Assembly: GCF_009914755.1 (NCBI RefSeq)
Contig: NC_060925.1
Direction: 5' to 3' (one strand)
Origin: the human T2T-CHM13v2.0 reference genome, Homo sapiens
Length of the DNA stretch: 64,000 nt
A program made the position numbers and the translations under genes. A model generated the notes under the pieces. That model was not told the DNA's origin. It saw nothing but the letters and a program-made list of their open reading frames with translations, and made no database searches. This document shows positions 24,868 to 38,922 of this stretch, piece after piece (positions within the stretch are counted from its first letter, which is position 1; each line of letters begins with the position of its first letter).

Positions 24868-27800
24868 TCTTTAATGCTGGCACAGAAGCTAGGAATCCTG
24901 TGCCCCACGGGGAGAGTCCAGACAGCACCCCTCTCTCTCCCTGACCTCTACTGGTGCAGGAGAGACAAGCCTGGAGAGGAAGAGATGGGCCCGGGATCCA
25001 GACCCACTCCAGTCCTCTGGAACATGGGGTGAACGTGGCCTTGCCAAACTGATCCTCTCCCCCCAGAACAGATTTCCTTCAGCTCTGAAAATGGATAGTG
25101 CTGCAAAGACACATCCCACTTCTGCCCGCCGGCCTCCGCCACCGCTCGCCAGCGCTCAGGCTCCACTGTTAATCATGACAACACAGCGAAGGTGATGTGC
25201 ATATTAAGAAGGCACTGCCTCATCCACCCAGAGAATTCCTGCTCCACTTTTAAGCTCTCCAGACACACGGGTGCACACAGCCTTCCTGCCCTGCCCCTTC
25301 ACCCCCGACAGTTATAAAAAGTAATGATTCGTCATATCCAACTAGGAAGGGGGGCTGCAAAGCCTTGGAAACCACAAATCCAGAATGCCCCTAATTCAAC
25401 CCCAATTGCCCACTGAGCAGAAGAGGGCTAAGAACGGAACAGCAAAGTCTGCCAAGTTTTTCCCTTTCAGTCTTGCAGCCCCCTGGAAAACTCGGTAGTT
25501 TTTCATGCCTTTTCCTCCCTGAGGAGCTTGGGGAATGGCCCAAGACCTCTTCCTCCTTCCTCTGTTAAGATGAAGCAACAGGATGGAGCAGGGGAAGAAC
25601 CAGGACTCTGGGAGACACAGATGTGGGAGGTCGGGCCCACAGTCACACGGGCAGGTGCAACAATACCTGGCAAACTTGACGGAAAATGAGAAGCAGCTCT
25701 GTGGTGCTGCTGGAAAAGCCCCAGATTCATGGGGCTTGGAGCTCGGCCTATAGCTCCCTCTGAAACTGACTTATCTCCCTTGTAAAATGTGGTCACCCTA
25801 CCTGCCTCACAGAGAACTGTCTAACTATCAGGAGTCAAGTACTTAGTTCAGCCCTTACCAAGGGTAGCTCTTAATACACCAAGCTGTGGCTCGGAATCTG
25901 CCCCGCCTCGTGGAATCCTTCAGGAACCTCCTTTCTTTGGCTCAGCCCTCCTTATTACCTCACACAGCCTTCCTTATTAGCCCACGGAGCTACCCCTCTT
26001 GCCTACAACACGTAAGCTGTCCTAATCTGAGCTGCTCTTGGGGTTGGAAGCATGCCCCTCAACAAGAGAAACTCCACCCAATGCTGGGTGCTCTTCAGCA
26101 AACTCCACCAGAGTCATCTGGCCCTAGAAGTAGTCCCCCATTTCTTTTGCCCCCAAAGCCCTTGACGGCCCAGAAGACAGGGGCCAGGTCTCTTCTGCTC
26201 ACCACTGGACTCTTATATCCACGCTCTCTAACACTGCTGCATTTACAGGTGGGGACACTATGGTCCAGGAAGGGAAAGCTGCTTCCCAAAACAGACCGAA
26301 GTTCCTAAGCTCTTGGACCTTTTCTACAGCTCCAGAGTAAGTTCCTTGGGATTGGCTATTACAATTAATCTAGCGAATCGGAACTTAGCTAGATACGCAT
26401 GTTGGACATAACTTTTTTGACCTTGGGCCAAGGAAAGGGCAAGACTTTGTCAAAGTATTCTTGAATAAAAGTGACCTGAGAGGGAAGAAGCTTCAAGAAG
26501 GGGAGAGGAGAAGGCTGCAGCCTATAGAACAATCCCCAGCAGACTGATGGAGGGGCAGAGGCCAGGTCTGAGAGCCAGCAGCTCTGGTGCTTGCCCTGTG
26601 GAACAACAGCTGGTCCAACAGTGGGGTGAGGGTAGCAGGGCTAGACCACAAAGAGCTCTGACTTCATTCTTCTAATGAAGGGGCACCACTGGTAGGAAGA
26701 GCACCTGACAGAGGAGAATGAGCCACATGCTCACCTTTGGTTAGCCTAGCCTAGGTCTGCCCTGTGGACGATGATTGTGTGGGGGCCAGAGGCTGCCCTA
26801 CCTCCCAACCCTGGGAGCACAGCGGGGCTGGGCAGAAAGCCGTGGCTTATGAATGTATGCTGAAGGAAGGAATGACCAGATGTCAGCCTCTGGGAAGGAG
26901 CACTTGTCGGATTTCCCATCTGCCATTCATTCTGACCACACACCTTATGCTGGTACAAGTGTTCATCTCCCAGATGAACCAGGGAGAGCTGCTTCTGCTT
27001 TACAGGTGGGGAACGCAAACTCAAATGATACTCAGGTGAAATTCACCAGTGACAGAATGCAGGCGCACAGGTGAAGACCCAGCTCCCCAGGTCAGAGCTG
27101 GTCTCCATCAGACTCATGGTAGCAAGCCCGGGAGGAAAAGAATCAGAGGGTCCCAGACACACAACACCTGCCTCCCAGCCTCGACCTCCCCCGGCAGCTC
27201 CTGTGCGGTGGAGCAGGGCACTAGGAGTCAAGGTGGCAGGGGCTAAGGGAGGTAAATCAGGTGGACAAGATGAAGGGAAGTAACGTGTTAAAGGGCCAAA
27301 CAGGGCCTGGTGCTTAGGTGTGTCAAATATGTTGGTCAAACTGAAGGGTTAAACACTAAAAAGCTAGCGGATCTCAAAAATACCCAGAACCTCTTCCACA
27401 CATCAATGTCACTAAGGCTGTGCCATGCCCCTAAGACTCCCTCCTGGAAAGAGGAGAAACCCTGAGGCAGCTCTTGTTCTTGGGTAAACTGAAAGACCTG
27501 GGCCTCTAGAACAGTACAGTCCCAGACACGCCTACAACAACTCTAAAGTCTCGAGAGCCAACCCAGCACAGACACCAGGTGGGGCTTCATACACATCATC
27601 TCACGGCATTCTCGCAGCCGACCTAAGATGTCAAGGCCTATCATCGCCCCCAATTATCAGATGAAGCAACTGAGGTTCAGAGAGGTGAACTGACTTTCTC
27701 GAGGAAACCCATGTGCCCACCCAGGCTGTGTGACACCAGAGGCCACCAGGAAGCATGGATCACCTTCACAGAAGGTGAAGGAGGGATGGGACCCAGCACC

Positions 27801-27939
27801 TCCCTGTCCAAGACAGAAGGGACAGATGAGCTGACTGGCACGCTGGGAGCTCCAGGCTTAGCTGCTGGTCAACACGGATCCTGAAGCCCAGTCATCTTTC
27901 CACAGCAGTAATAATAAACCATTACTGACATGAATGTAG

Positions 27940-28236
<297 letters not shown>

Positions 28237-28586
28237 TGAATATAGGTTTATATGTATAGTCAATCCTCACCACAGCTCCAAAAAGGACACGGTAGGATTT
28301 GCTGCGCGACTGTTCCTACAGCACAGCTGAGGAAACAGTGCCTGAAGAGGCTGGGTCACTGCCAGGATCACACTGCCAGCCAAGTGCAGGGCCATCGTGC
28401 TCCAAAGACCCTGTTCACAGCCACTCTGCGGCCTCCCTGACGCCGAGCTGGGTGCCCTCCCAACCCCATGCCTGTGCTGCATACAGACCTGGCACTTCAT
28501 GAAGGGTGTGCCCCTCTACCCCACCATGTCCCCAGTCTCTTTCCCACCATTTGGTCTTGAGCAAGAAACAAGAGACGGGGCTTTTC

Positions 28587-28895
<309 letters not shown>

Positions 28896-31739
28896 TGAGA
28901 TGGGGCTTTTCTGAGAGAAAAGTTTACAGGATCACAGGTGGGCCTGGCCTAGGAGCTTCATGGATTCTAAGGCCCTCTTTGGGAGAGGAAGTGTTTCAGG
29001 GAGAGGTTGCCTGGGAGTTAACTTAGGCAGAAACAGGACATGAACCTGACCCCATACTGTGGTTCCCTGCACTTAGAACAGTGCCTCACACTGAGCTAGA
29101 TGCTGGAATGGCCTCTGACCCCCAGGGCAGTGCCTGGGCCCAGAGCCCAGCCCAGACTCCCCTGAAGGGGAGGTTCCTCCCACTGTGGCATGAGCTTACT
29201 CAGGGGGTCTATCCTGATCCATGTCATGCCGAGGCGTGTTATTACAGGATTCTGCTGGAATTCTCTTCCTCAAACCTCTTCTGCTACAAGGGCTAAGGAA
29301 TTTGACCTTTTTTTTAAAAAAAAAAAAAGGGAGAAAAACCTCAGTACAATTTGCTGAGAAGGTAGGTGGGGACAGGAGCAAGAGAGTCCACCCCTCAGTC
29401 AGCTATGAAGAGACAAAACAAAAATACTCTCCAGCCCCGCAGGGGTCTCCACTCCCATCCCCCTATGAAGGACAGAAGGACCTCGTGGGGGCAGAGGGAG
29501 CAGCCACGGTACAGTGCTGGGAGAACTGCCGACCTGCGGCAGAGCAGCTTCCAGGCACAGGGAAAAATCACTCCATTCTAAGAAAACGCAAAGTAAAAAC
29601 TCAGGTCCAAAGGAGAAAGGATAAACCAGCCCAAGCTCTTAATAAGCATGAGGTGAACGCAGCTACTGACACCCATCCTTCCAGTATCAGATCCACAGAA
29701 GCCAGAGATTCGGGAGTCAGTTTACACCCCCAGTGAGGGCTTCGCCAGGAGCAGCAGCAAGAACAGAGCCCAGGCCTCCCAAGTCCAAGAGGCCAGAGAC
29801 TCCTTCCCCCTTCCCTCCCTCAAAAGGTTGAAGAGAGGAGTGAGAGTCCCATCCTGCACTTGGGAGGCCAGGAGGACGTGGTGTGTAGCCCAGCTGGGCT
29901 CTGTAGCATGGGGCTGGCTCTGCGTTAGGGGGCAGTCAAGGCCCAAGCAGCTGTTGGGTGCTTTGTTACCGAGCAAATCTCCCAGGCGCTGCCTGCTGAT
30001 GCATAGCTAACTGGGCGGCAGACATTGATTTATGTTCAACTTTCCATTTCATCAGTGAGAGTTACGGCGCTACATGTGGAGTTCACGTTTTTCAGAGGGG
30101 GAGGGAGAGGCGGCTCAAGTGTGCAGACACAAACATATCCACATGCGTGCACACAGGCATGCGTGCACACAGGCACGCACACAAGTCAGGGCCACAACTT
30201 TTTTTCCTATTTAAGAGGGAGGGCGACTGAGCTGAGCCAGCCGCCGCCGAGGCAGCCTGGCACGTCAGGAGTAACCTTTTGTCCACTGTTGCTAGGAGCC
30301 CCAGTGCCGGTCATCTGCCGCTGGGCAGACGTCAGGCACCAGGCTGGCTGCCGGGCAGGGAAGGGAGCACAGCCTGACCTTTGCAGGGGAGGTGTTGGCA
30401 AGCAAAAAAAGGCTTTCTTCCCTCTCCTCTGCCCCAGGCCTCTTTTCACTGGCCAGGAGATTGTGGAGGGCAGGACCAGCCCGGACCCATGTGCTTCCAA
30501 GTGGCCAGCACCCCCCACTGGACAGAGGAGCAAGCTAAGGCCAAGAGAGAGAAGGCTGGCTCCCCGAGGACACACAGGAATTTGGCAGCAGGGCTGGTAT
30601 CCCAGAGTGTCCCACTCCCAGGATAGGGGGCTTCATCACAGTAACTAGAGGAGGGGCTGCCGCTCCCAGAGCCAAGTCAGTTTGGAACAGGTGGGGCCTA
30701 GGGGTGGGGAAGAGCAGTGGTTCCCCACCTCCAACTGTGGCCTGGAGCCCAGCAGTTGGGGCGCCCCACCTCCTCTCTAATCCTTCTCAGCAGGGGTGAC
30801 CCTGCCTTCTGTCAGTCTGGAGGCGGACAGCAGGGCGGAGGAGCTGGAGGGGGTGGTGCTTCTGTCCCCTGGAGGAGTGAACACATCCACCCCTGACACA
30901 GCACCTCTGTCCTCTTCCCCAGTAGGAGGCTGCATCTATCAGACAGACTCCCCCCACCTGCAGGGAAGCAGAGAGGGCCAGGCGAGACCCAGAATGGGGA
31001 GGGGGTTTTATTTCCCCACAGACAGGCAGTTATCAAGAAGCTGCGGATCCCACCGCCCCACCCAGGCCTGTCTTCCTGAGCAACTGGCCAATTTGAGCCT
31101 CAGTTTCTCATCTATACAGTGGGAATGCTATTGGTTCTTAGGACTATCTCATAGAATCAAATGAAATCACAGCAGGGAACAGCTTTTCTGACTTGGAGAG
31201 TGCTTCCACCAGCAACTATTAACATAAGAGGGTGTCAGACAGTTCTACTCTCAGGCCTGAGAGCACTGGCTGGGGTGGGTGGGGAGGGCTAGGCTGGGCA
31301 GCCCCAGGTAAGGCGTCTGCTAAGACAGCAGGCACCAGCCTTGGCTTCTCACCGTCACACCTGCCTCCTGCCCCCAACCTATGTGGGCAGTAAGCTGGGC
31401 CTCCTTTAGGCTCCAACATCCACTAGAGGCCACCAGTCACAGGCAGGAAAGCTGCCCTCAGTCTCACCCAGCCGCCACTCCTGCTCGGGCCATGGCCACC
31501 TCCAGAGGGGACCGCAGCTGGACTCCACACTGGCCAGCCGGCCAAGGGCCCAGCCCCTCCAGGCCATGGAACCTCTTCCTGGGATCGCGTTGCTCCCCTT
31601 ATTAGGAACCTTTCATGGCTCTCCCCAACTTTAAGTCCTTCCTGTGTCTATTCCTGGCTCCATCCCCACACCCCAGCCTGCAGTCCAGGCCCCTGCCACC
31701 CCAAACTTGCCCCATCACATCCTGGCACAGGCTCCCTCT

Positions 31740-31960
31740 CGCCTGGCACACTCCCCCACCTCAATTCACTGCCAATTGCCTCCTCCTCCTCAGCCCAAAT
31801 GTCACCCCCTCGGAGAGGCTTCCCCAGACAAGCCATACTGGCTGTGCCCTGTGCCTGGCCCCAACGGTATTCTTCCTGTCAACCTCTCCAGCGTGGCACT
31901 CAGTCACTGCCTGCCCCCTCCACCAGACTATGAGCCCCTTGAGGGCAGGGTCCGTGGCTG
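31740..31960 (+). mobile_element. L2 relic
   Basis: cagcccaaatgtcaccccctcggagaggcttcccc...ccaccagactatgagccccttgagggcaggg. Confidence 0.65.
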
Positions 31961-33157
31961 CCTCTTGGGTGGCTGACAGGTCCCTGCCCTTACACACCAC
32001 GTCTGACCGAGGGGCTAAGGGACGACCAAGCAAGCCCGTCCGGGTCTCACATGACGGGGACTCAGCTCCTTCCCTTGCCCTGCCTTCACTTCACCATCTG
32101 TCAGATGGGTGGGGACCCCAGCGCCCCGCCACCAAGCTTCCACTAGTAACAGGCTTCGGAAACCAAAAGCAAACAAGGTGGTTTAATTCTTCCCAAGTCT
32201 CCCCTTGTCACAAACTTGTCCTCGTCAGCAAAGAGAGGCCTTTCCTGCTGCAGCAGCTTTCTGGCAGGAGGAATGTCCGCTCCCTCTGCTGGCTCCTGCT
32301 TCCCGCTGGAGAGCAGGGCAGGAAATGGACAGCATTTGGCTCAGCTTTTGGGAACTGCCCCAGTTGCTGCCAGGGGTATGTTCTCATTTACTGGGCTTTG
32401 ACCCTCCCTGTGAACACATCACCCACCCCACAGCTCACAGTGCCCAAGGCTCTCCACTGGGCATCCTGCCACTGCTTAGTTACCACCACTGTCAAACAGC
32501 TCACCACTTCATCATTAATTTGGCAGATGACAGAAATGTCTTCCATACAATGATTCAAATTGGCTTCCCTTTTCTCTCAAGGACTTGGAATGTGGGGCTG
32601 AGAGCTCACAGGGGCATGTCTGAGTACATGGCAGGTTCTCCGTAACAGAACTTCAGATACTTCAAGACAGCCATCAGAGCCCTCAGGAGGCTGCCCTTCT
32701 CCCAGAGAAACCCCAGCTACTTCTGCAGGAGATGGGGAAAGATTTTGGGTCATGCAAGTTTCTCTCCCCTCTTATTGTCTGGGTCATATCTCCGGCTTTT
32801 GGGCTACACACATTGTTTGCTCTTTCTCGTTCTCTCCCCATAACCAATGGGAAGAGTTCTCTAGGGACCTCAACATCTTTCTAAGGCTGGTGGGCCTGGC
32901 TGGCAGGAATGAGGACTCAACGGAAAGGGGATGTGTCAAATACTCCCTACTATCCTTCACCAAGGTGGAAAGTCCCTGCTATCCTTCACCAAGATGGCAA
33001 GTATCTAGATGTTCAAAGCAGGATGAGCTAAGCTTTTGGCAACAGGAGCTGGGACCCCTCCTCCAGGACTTTTCCAGAGAAGGCAGTCTTTAACCCTGTG
33101 ACCTCTGCTGGGTCTCTGTCACGCAGCATCCATCATCAAGATGGTCAGCTACTTCCT

Positions 33158-33460
33158 GGCCGGGCGTGGTGGCTCAGGCCTGTAATCCCAGCCTGAGGAG
33201 GCTGAGGTGGGCGGATCACTTGAGGTCAGGAATTCGAGACCGGCCTGGCCAGCATGGTGAAACCCCATCTCTACTAAAAATACAAAAATTAGCCGGGCAT
33301 GGTGGTGAGCGCCTGTAATCCCAGCTACTCAGGAGGCTTTGGCAGGAGAATCACTTGAACCCGGGAGGCGGAGGTTGCAGTGAGCCGAGATCGCCACTGC
33401 CCTCCAGCCTGGGTGACAGAGTGAGACTCTGTCTCAAAAAAAAAAAAAAAAAAAAAAAAA
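33158..33460 (+). mobile_element. AluS
   Basis: Full dimer, long A tail, TSD gtcagctacttyct. Confidence 0.94.
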
Positions 33461-33990
33461 GGTGTCAGCTACTTTCTGAGCATTGGCCACAGTGCTCAAG
33501 TCCCCGTCTCCACGAAGCCACTGGAACAACTGCAGAGTAACTGTTGTGGAACACAGATCTGGCCAAGACATTATCCAGCCCAGAGTGCTGCCCTGGCTTC
33601 CCACTGCCCACTGGATCAAGCCCATACTCAACAAGGTCCTTCAACAATTGCCCGGCAACCTCTCCAGCCTCATCTCCCGCTGAGCACCTGTCAACCACCT
33701 CATTCTAGACACCATCTCAGCCAGGGCTGCACTGCCTCCAGGAATGCCCTCCTGATTTCTCAGCTTGGCAGACAGGCCTCTCCTGTGTCCTGCCACAGGG
33801 GATGGGTTACCTGTCAGTCTCTCTGCTAGGCTGGCTGCTCCTGTGGGCAGACTATGGTTGATTCAGTTCGAGCCTGGAACCAAGCCCCATGCCTTGCATA
33901 TCAGAGACGGTCAATGACAGTCATAACCACAGTCCTTTCTCCTTCTGTGACTTCATCTCCCCATCTATAAATGAGAAGCTTGGACTACAT

Positions 33991-34253
33991 CAGGGATGGC
34001 AAAGAGGATATGTACCACCACCGACACATTCACGTTCATGGTAGACATTGCCAGTCACTATCTGTTGAGCCTGGACACACAGCTTCAGAATCATTCTCAC
34101 GGTGTTCTCAGCAGCCACCACACATCAAGCAGAGCTGGCATTTGAATGGGGACTTCTTTGCTACTTCTTTAGATAAGAGTTATGGTTTCTCTATCTCCTT
34201 TCGGTCTCTCCCTCCTTTTATCTAATTCTCTACTCTCCCTGCTTCCGCCATCC
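33991..34253 (+). mobile_element. MER102-like hAT DNA transposon relic
   Basis: Starts CAGGGATGGCAAA and ends ...GCCATCC (inverted termini); catggtagacattgc internal motif; family assigned from memory. Confidence 0.5.
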
Positions 34254-37200
34254 AATCAGATGTGCATCCACATTTGGACTTTGGAGTGTTTGTGGAAGAG
34301 CACCCCATGAGGAACCAGGAAAGCTGGGTTTAGACTCTGATTACAGCCCCTGGTTAACTTGGGGCAAGTCATTCACCTTTCTGAGTCTCACTTTCCCAAT
34401 CTGCATGCCTTCTCTGCAGAAACACTGTGATGAAAATGAAAGTAAGTTGCATGTTTAAAAACACTATGTAACTGAAAACAACTATTGGAATTTAAAAACA
34501 AAACAAGAAGAAAAACAGCCTGTACCCAATGCTCAGTTCTCTATGACCCCTGCCCTCTTGTGAGTCCCGTTTTGGACTTAGAAATCCTTACTGGACAGTG
34601 CCCTCCTTAGGACCACCTTAGGGCCAAGGAACTTAGAAATTCTTACTGGACAGTGTCCCCCTTAAGGGGGAACTAGGGAACCCACCCAGATCAGTGAGGC
34701 TGGCCAAAGCCAAGCTGGGTTTGCCAGATGTGCAGCCCAACCGAGCTAAGCTGCGTGGAAAAAAAAAATGCCACTGCTTGATTATGTAAAATCCATCTGG
34801 ATCCAAAGCAGAAAATCAAAGTTGGAAGGGCCCTCAGAGACCACCTGGTCCAGCCTGCTCCATCTACTGGTGAGAAAACTAGGGTCCAGAGATGGGGAGC
34901 AACTTGCCCAAGGTCACTCAGCAAGTATGCGGCCAAGTCCTCTCTGTCCTTCCCTGCTGCAAAACACCAGAACACCACTCCTGAACTCCCAAGCTGGCTT
35001 CCTGTTAGGCCCTCCCTGATCAGAATGTTGGATCTAGTGCTTTGGGGCTGCCTGGGCTCCTGTTCTGTAATGTGAGCAATACAAATAAACTCAGTTCAAA
35101 CATTTACTAGGTCCTTAGTATATGCCAGGTGCTGGGGATGCCAATATTAGGGCTTTTTTTTTTTTTAAAGGTGAGGTGTGGTCAGGTCAGTTTCCAAGCC
35201 ATCTCCCTGCCAGCCCTTAACTTGCTACCAGAGACATCTCATGCCACGGGACCAGACAGGTACTGCCCGCCTTGGAAACCTGGACGTGGAAGAAGAGAAA
35301 GCTGATGGCCAACCCTCATTGTGGGTGGCCAAAACTTCTGACCCCAGGAGCTGAAGCCTGGCAGTCAGAGGCCTGCAGAAGCAAGGCCCTGTGTTGCTTA
35401 CCGAGGGGCTGGGATGGAGGTGGGCAGCTGCTCTCTCCCACCCAACCCTGGAGGCCTGGGGCTTCTACATTTAGGACCAGGCTAGGGGTGAAGTCCTGAC
35501 CTGAAAACTGGGCTGGCCACCCTAGGCCAGGGTCTGGCCATAGCTGGCTCAGCCATCCCAAGCCGACTCCCTGGTGCAAAGCCTTTCTGCAGCAGAGCTT
35601 CCTACCCAGGCCTTGGCCAAGCAGGGGAAGGAGTGCAATTGTTGGTAACAGATAAAATCCTCGATACCATCTCTATTTCCCTTCTAATATCAGAGTGGCC
35701 GGCTGCAATACTAGTGAAGGGCAGGGCCAGCAATCAATAGCTAATATTCCTGTTGTAAGCAGGCCTACTCCGGAAATGGGCAGCCAGTACCTCCTTCCAG
35801 AGAGATACCCTTTCCCCTTGGCAGTGTCCCAGCCTGAGCGGTTCAGCATCATGGCCAGGAAGGATCAGGCCAGGTACCTGGCCTAGCCCATCCCCCTGCA
35901 TCTGACTGATGGGGAAATGATGCCGGGAAGTGAGAGAAAGGAATCACCCAACGTCACCCAGGAAGCAGAGAGGCCAAGACATTGCTCTCTGCTGTCTACT
36001 GGATGACCACGTCAGCTCTTGATGGCTCGCCGTGCCTGGGAAAACAGAGGTGACCTCAAGTCAAGAAGGTCCAAAAGTTACCTCTGTTTGATGGTGGCTA
36101 GTAATGGCTAAATAAGGACAGGAATCAGTCTTGGCTTTCTGACCACACACCCCAAACGTCACAGGGGAGGGCCCAAGAAGTATGTCTGGAATTAGGCCTT
36201 AGCCATGGACGATTATACCAAAGCAGGAAGTTGGGAGCTGCCCACAGATCAGGCAGACCTGAGCCTTGTCCTAGACCCAGGCCAAAATAGAAGCCAATGG
36301 CCTATTTTTAAAACATACAACTAGGTATTGTCTACCTCTTTCTACCACAGTGGTCTAATCTGCACCGGACACCCAGATGCCGGCAAGCAGCCTCAATCAG
36401 GAGGCACACAGATGAAGCATGGTACCTCGGTGGGTCCACCAGACACGGAAGCCACATCTGCACTGTCTCAAGAACATCCATGGCATGTGAGCCTAGAAAG
36501 AATTCCCAACTGGACAGAACGCCAGTGGGAAAGGCCCGCTGATGGGTGCAGGGCGCCATCTGCAGCAGCCAGGAAGATGCCTGCCTTGGTGAGGATGAAC
36601 CTCTCACACGCTGGCCTCTTGGATTTCCTCCCTGGGAGAAGGACAGCAGCCCCTCTGGCTACTGCCTTTCTTGGGTCCATGAGTTTCCAGTATTTTAAGG
36701 TCTAACTCTCAACCCATCTTTAATATGTCTGCAGCCTTGCCCCAAGCTGAGACCCTAGCAATGCCTGGTCCAGTCCAACCTGGAGCTCACACACCTATTT
36801 CTGGGGCTACACTCATCTCCACCCCTTGGACAAGGCTCCAGTTTTGGCAGTGTTCTGGGAATGCATACAGATCCACATGTGGCCATCCAATGCCCCGGAT
36901 GGCCATCCTGCATCCCTCTCTCTCCTCCCACCACCATCATGTGACCTACCACTTCTGTTTTTGGGGAACACCTGAATTTCACTGCCGTCCTTCTTAGCTG
37001 GTGAGCAGCATGTCCCAGCCCTCTTCTCTCAGGAGTTAACACCAACCGAAATACAAAATCTTGCCAACTAGAATCATCTTCCAGATCATCTCTCACCTAG
37101 AGGGAAACCCCTTTAACATCCCTAGGAGACGTTTGTCAGGTCTTTGCTTAGACGTCTCTAGGGCCAGAGAGCCCCCTGCCTTGATGTGGTGTGAGCACAG

Positions 37201-38281
37201 GTGCTAAATTCTGGCCTATACCAAGCAAAAGTGTCCTTGGACTTTGCCTCACTGGTCCTAGTTCTGAATTCTAGGGCTGTACAGAGGAAATTTCTGCCTC
37301 CTTTTCCACACAACAGCTCTTTCCATGTTCTTATCTGGGAGTGCCAATCTTTCAAAAGGTGTGGAGAACTCGGGCGGATTCTCAAACTCAGCTGCCGACA
37401 GGCTTGAAAGAACGAGAGATGTTATGATCGAGAGTGTCATCATAAAAGTTCCTTACAGCCCTGCACGCTGTACCTCTCTAAGATGGCATTCCCGAGTCTC
37501 AAGTTGGCTTAAATCACATGAACCGCCGAGGAGAAGGTAGAGACAGAGGAGGCGGCGCAGAGAGGGAGGCGGCGCAGAGAGGGTTGCAGCCGCGCCCAAC
37601 CTGGCAAAACAGAAAGCCCAATTTCACACACCCCAGAAAAAGCCAAACAAGGTGTCTCTTGGAGAAGGCCAGACTCTCGACCCACGTGGGATCTGTTCCT
37701 GCCTGTGGCGGGCAGAGCACGGGCACAGATGCTTGTGGGATGCTGTCTGTGATCACACTCGGAAAAAATCAAGTGGTTAACCAGAGGGAAAGGATTCTGA
37801 GACCTGCCAGGATGGTGGGTTTTTGTGTTTTTTTAAGATTACGCCTAAGGTTTGTCATTTGGACAAGTAAAGTAAACAATGACAACAGCAGCAGCAACAA
37901 AACAGAAACAAAGAACAATTTACTGATTTTTTTTAAAGCCTTTTGTTAAAAGAAAGCTCCACAGTGGCCTGGAAGTAGCCCCCACCACCTCCCTGGCCAG
38001 GGGCAGACTGTGTCGCGCCTACGAAGCTGGCATGAAGAAAGCAAACTCCAGCAGAAGTGCAGGCAATGCAGGAGGTTTCTGCTTTCCCATCTTTTTCTCC
38101 CTCTCAGCTTTTAGAAGGACTGTTGAAAGGGATGGGAAGGGAAGGATTTGAACCAGCATAAAGCAACTGTATTTAGACCATGGCAAACTGAGCTACTTAC
38201 TTCTCTCCCGCCCTCCCACCTGCCCAGGGCCTCGGCCTGGAATACAAGGTGGAGCACAAGACCCACGGGCCCCGCACGTAC

Positions 38282-38371
38282 CTGAAAGAAACCTGGCGGG
38301 ATGGGGCCTCCCGGCATCCCATCGTTGGGGGGAATGTTGCCAAGCACGGGGCTCGGGGCAGCTGCTGCACT
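38282..38371 (-). CDS. SSBP3: SSBP3 coding exon (probably exon 5), [30 protein letters not shown]
   Basis: 90 nt, phase 0/0; minus-strand acceptor ccacag|AGT, donor CAG|gtacgt; peptide recognised as SSBP3 just after the LUFS domain. Confidence 0.97.
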
Positions 38372-38658
38372 CTGTGGAGACAACAAGGCAGAGAGTTAGT
38401 GGCCAAACCCACAACCAGAGACACAGAGTTCTGACCCCTGGACTTGGCTCTCCCTGTCCGTCCACATTCCCCGTGGACCTTCCTCACAGGCCACTTTCTA
38501 CTTAAAGCCCTCCTAGCGTCCCAGGGAAGTGTCATGTTCCCACTGACAGGACACAAGTAGGGCTTATACACTCAGACCTGGACTCAATTCCCAGGTCCGG
38601 CCCCCACTGAGCAAGCAACGAATTCCGAGGCTCTTTTTCCTCATCTCTAAAATGGGAG

Positions 38659-38885
38659 GGCCGGATGTGGTGGCTCACAACTAAAATCCCAGCACTTTGG
38701 GAGGTTGAGGCTGGAGAATCGCTTGAGCCCAGGAGTTCGAGACCGGCGCGGGCAACATAGGGAGACCCCGTCCCTACAAAAAATAAAAAATTAGCTGGGT
38801 GCAGTGGCATACGCCTGTAGTTCCACTTACTCGGGAGGTTGAGGTCAGAGGATCGCTTGAGCCCAAAAGGTTCAGCCCTATCTCA

Positions 38886-38917
<32 letters not shown>
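38659..38917 (+). mobile_element. AluJ with a shortened right arm and a (TAA)n tail
   Basis: Alu start ggccggatgtgg; about (taa)10 at 38887-38916; TSD aaaatggg. Confidence 0.9.

Positions 38918-38922
<5 letters not shown>

Noticed and set aside
30025-30648. 207-aa ORF
   Set aside because: Non-ATG start, includes a CA-rich low-complexity segment, no homology recognised
31615-32553. Longest ORF (312 aa, plus strand)
   Set aside because: Overlaps an L2 relic, has no recognisable domain, and its composition is typical of GC-rich intron read-through
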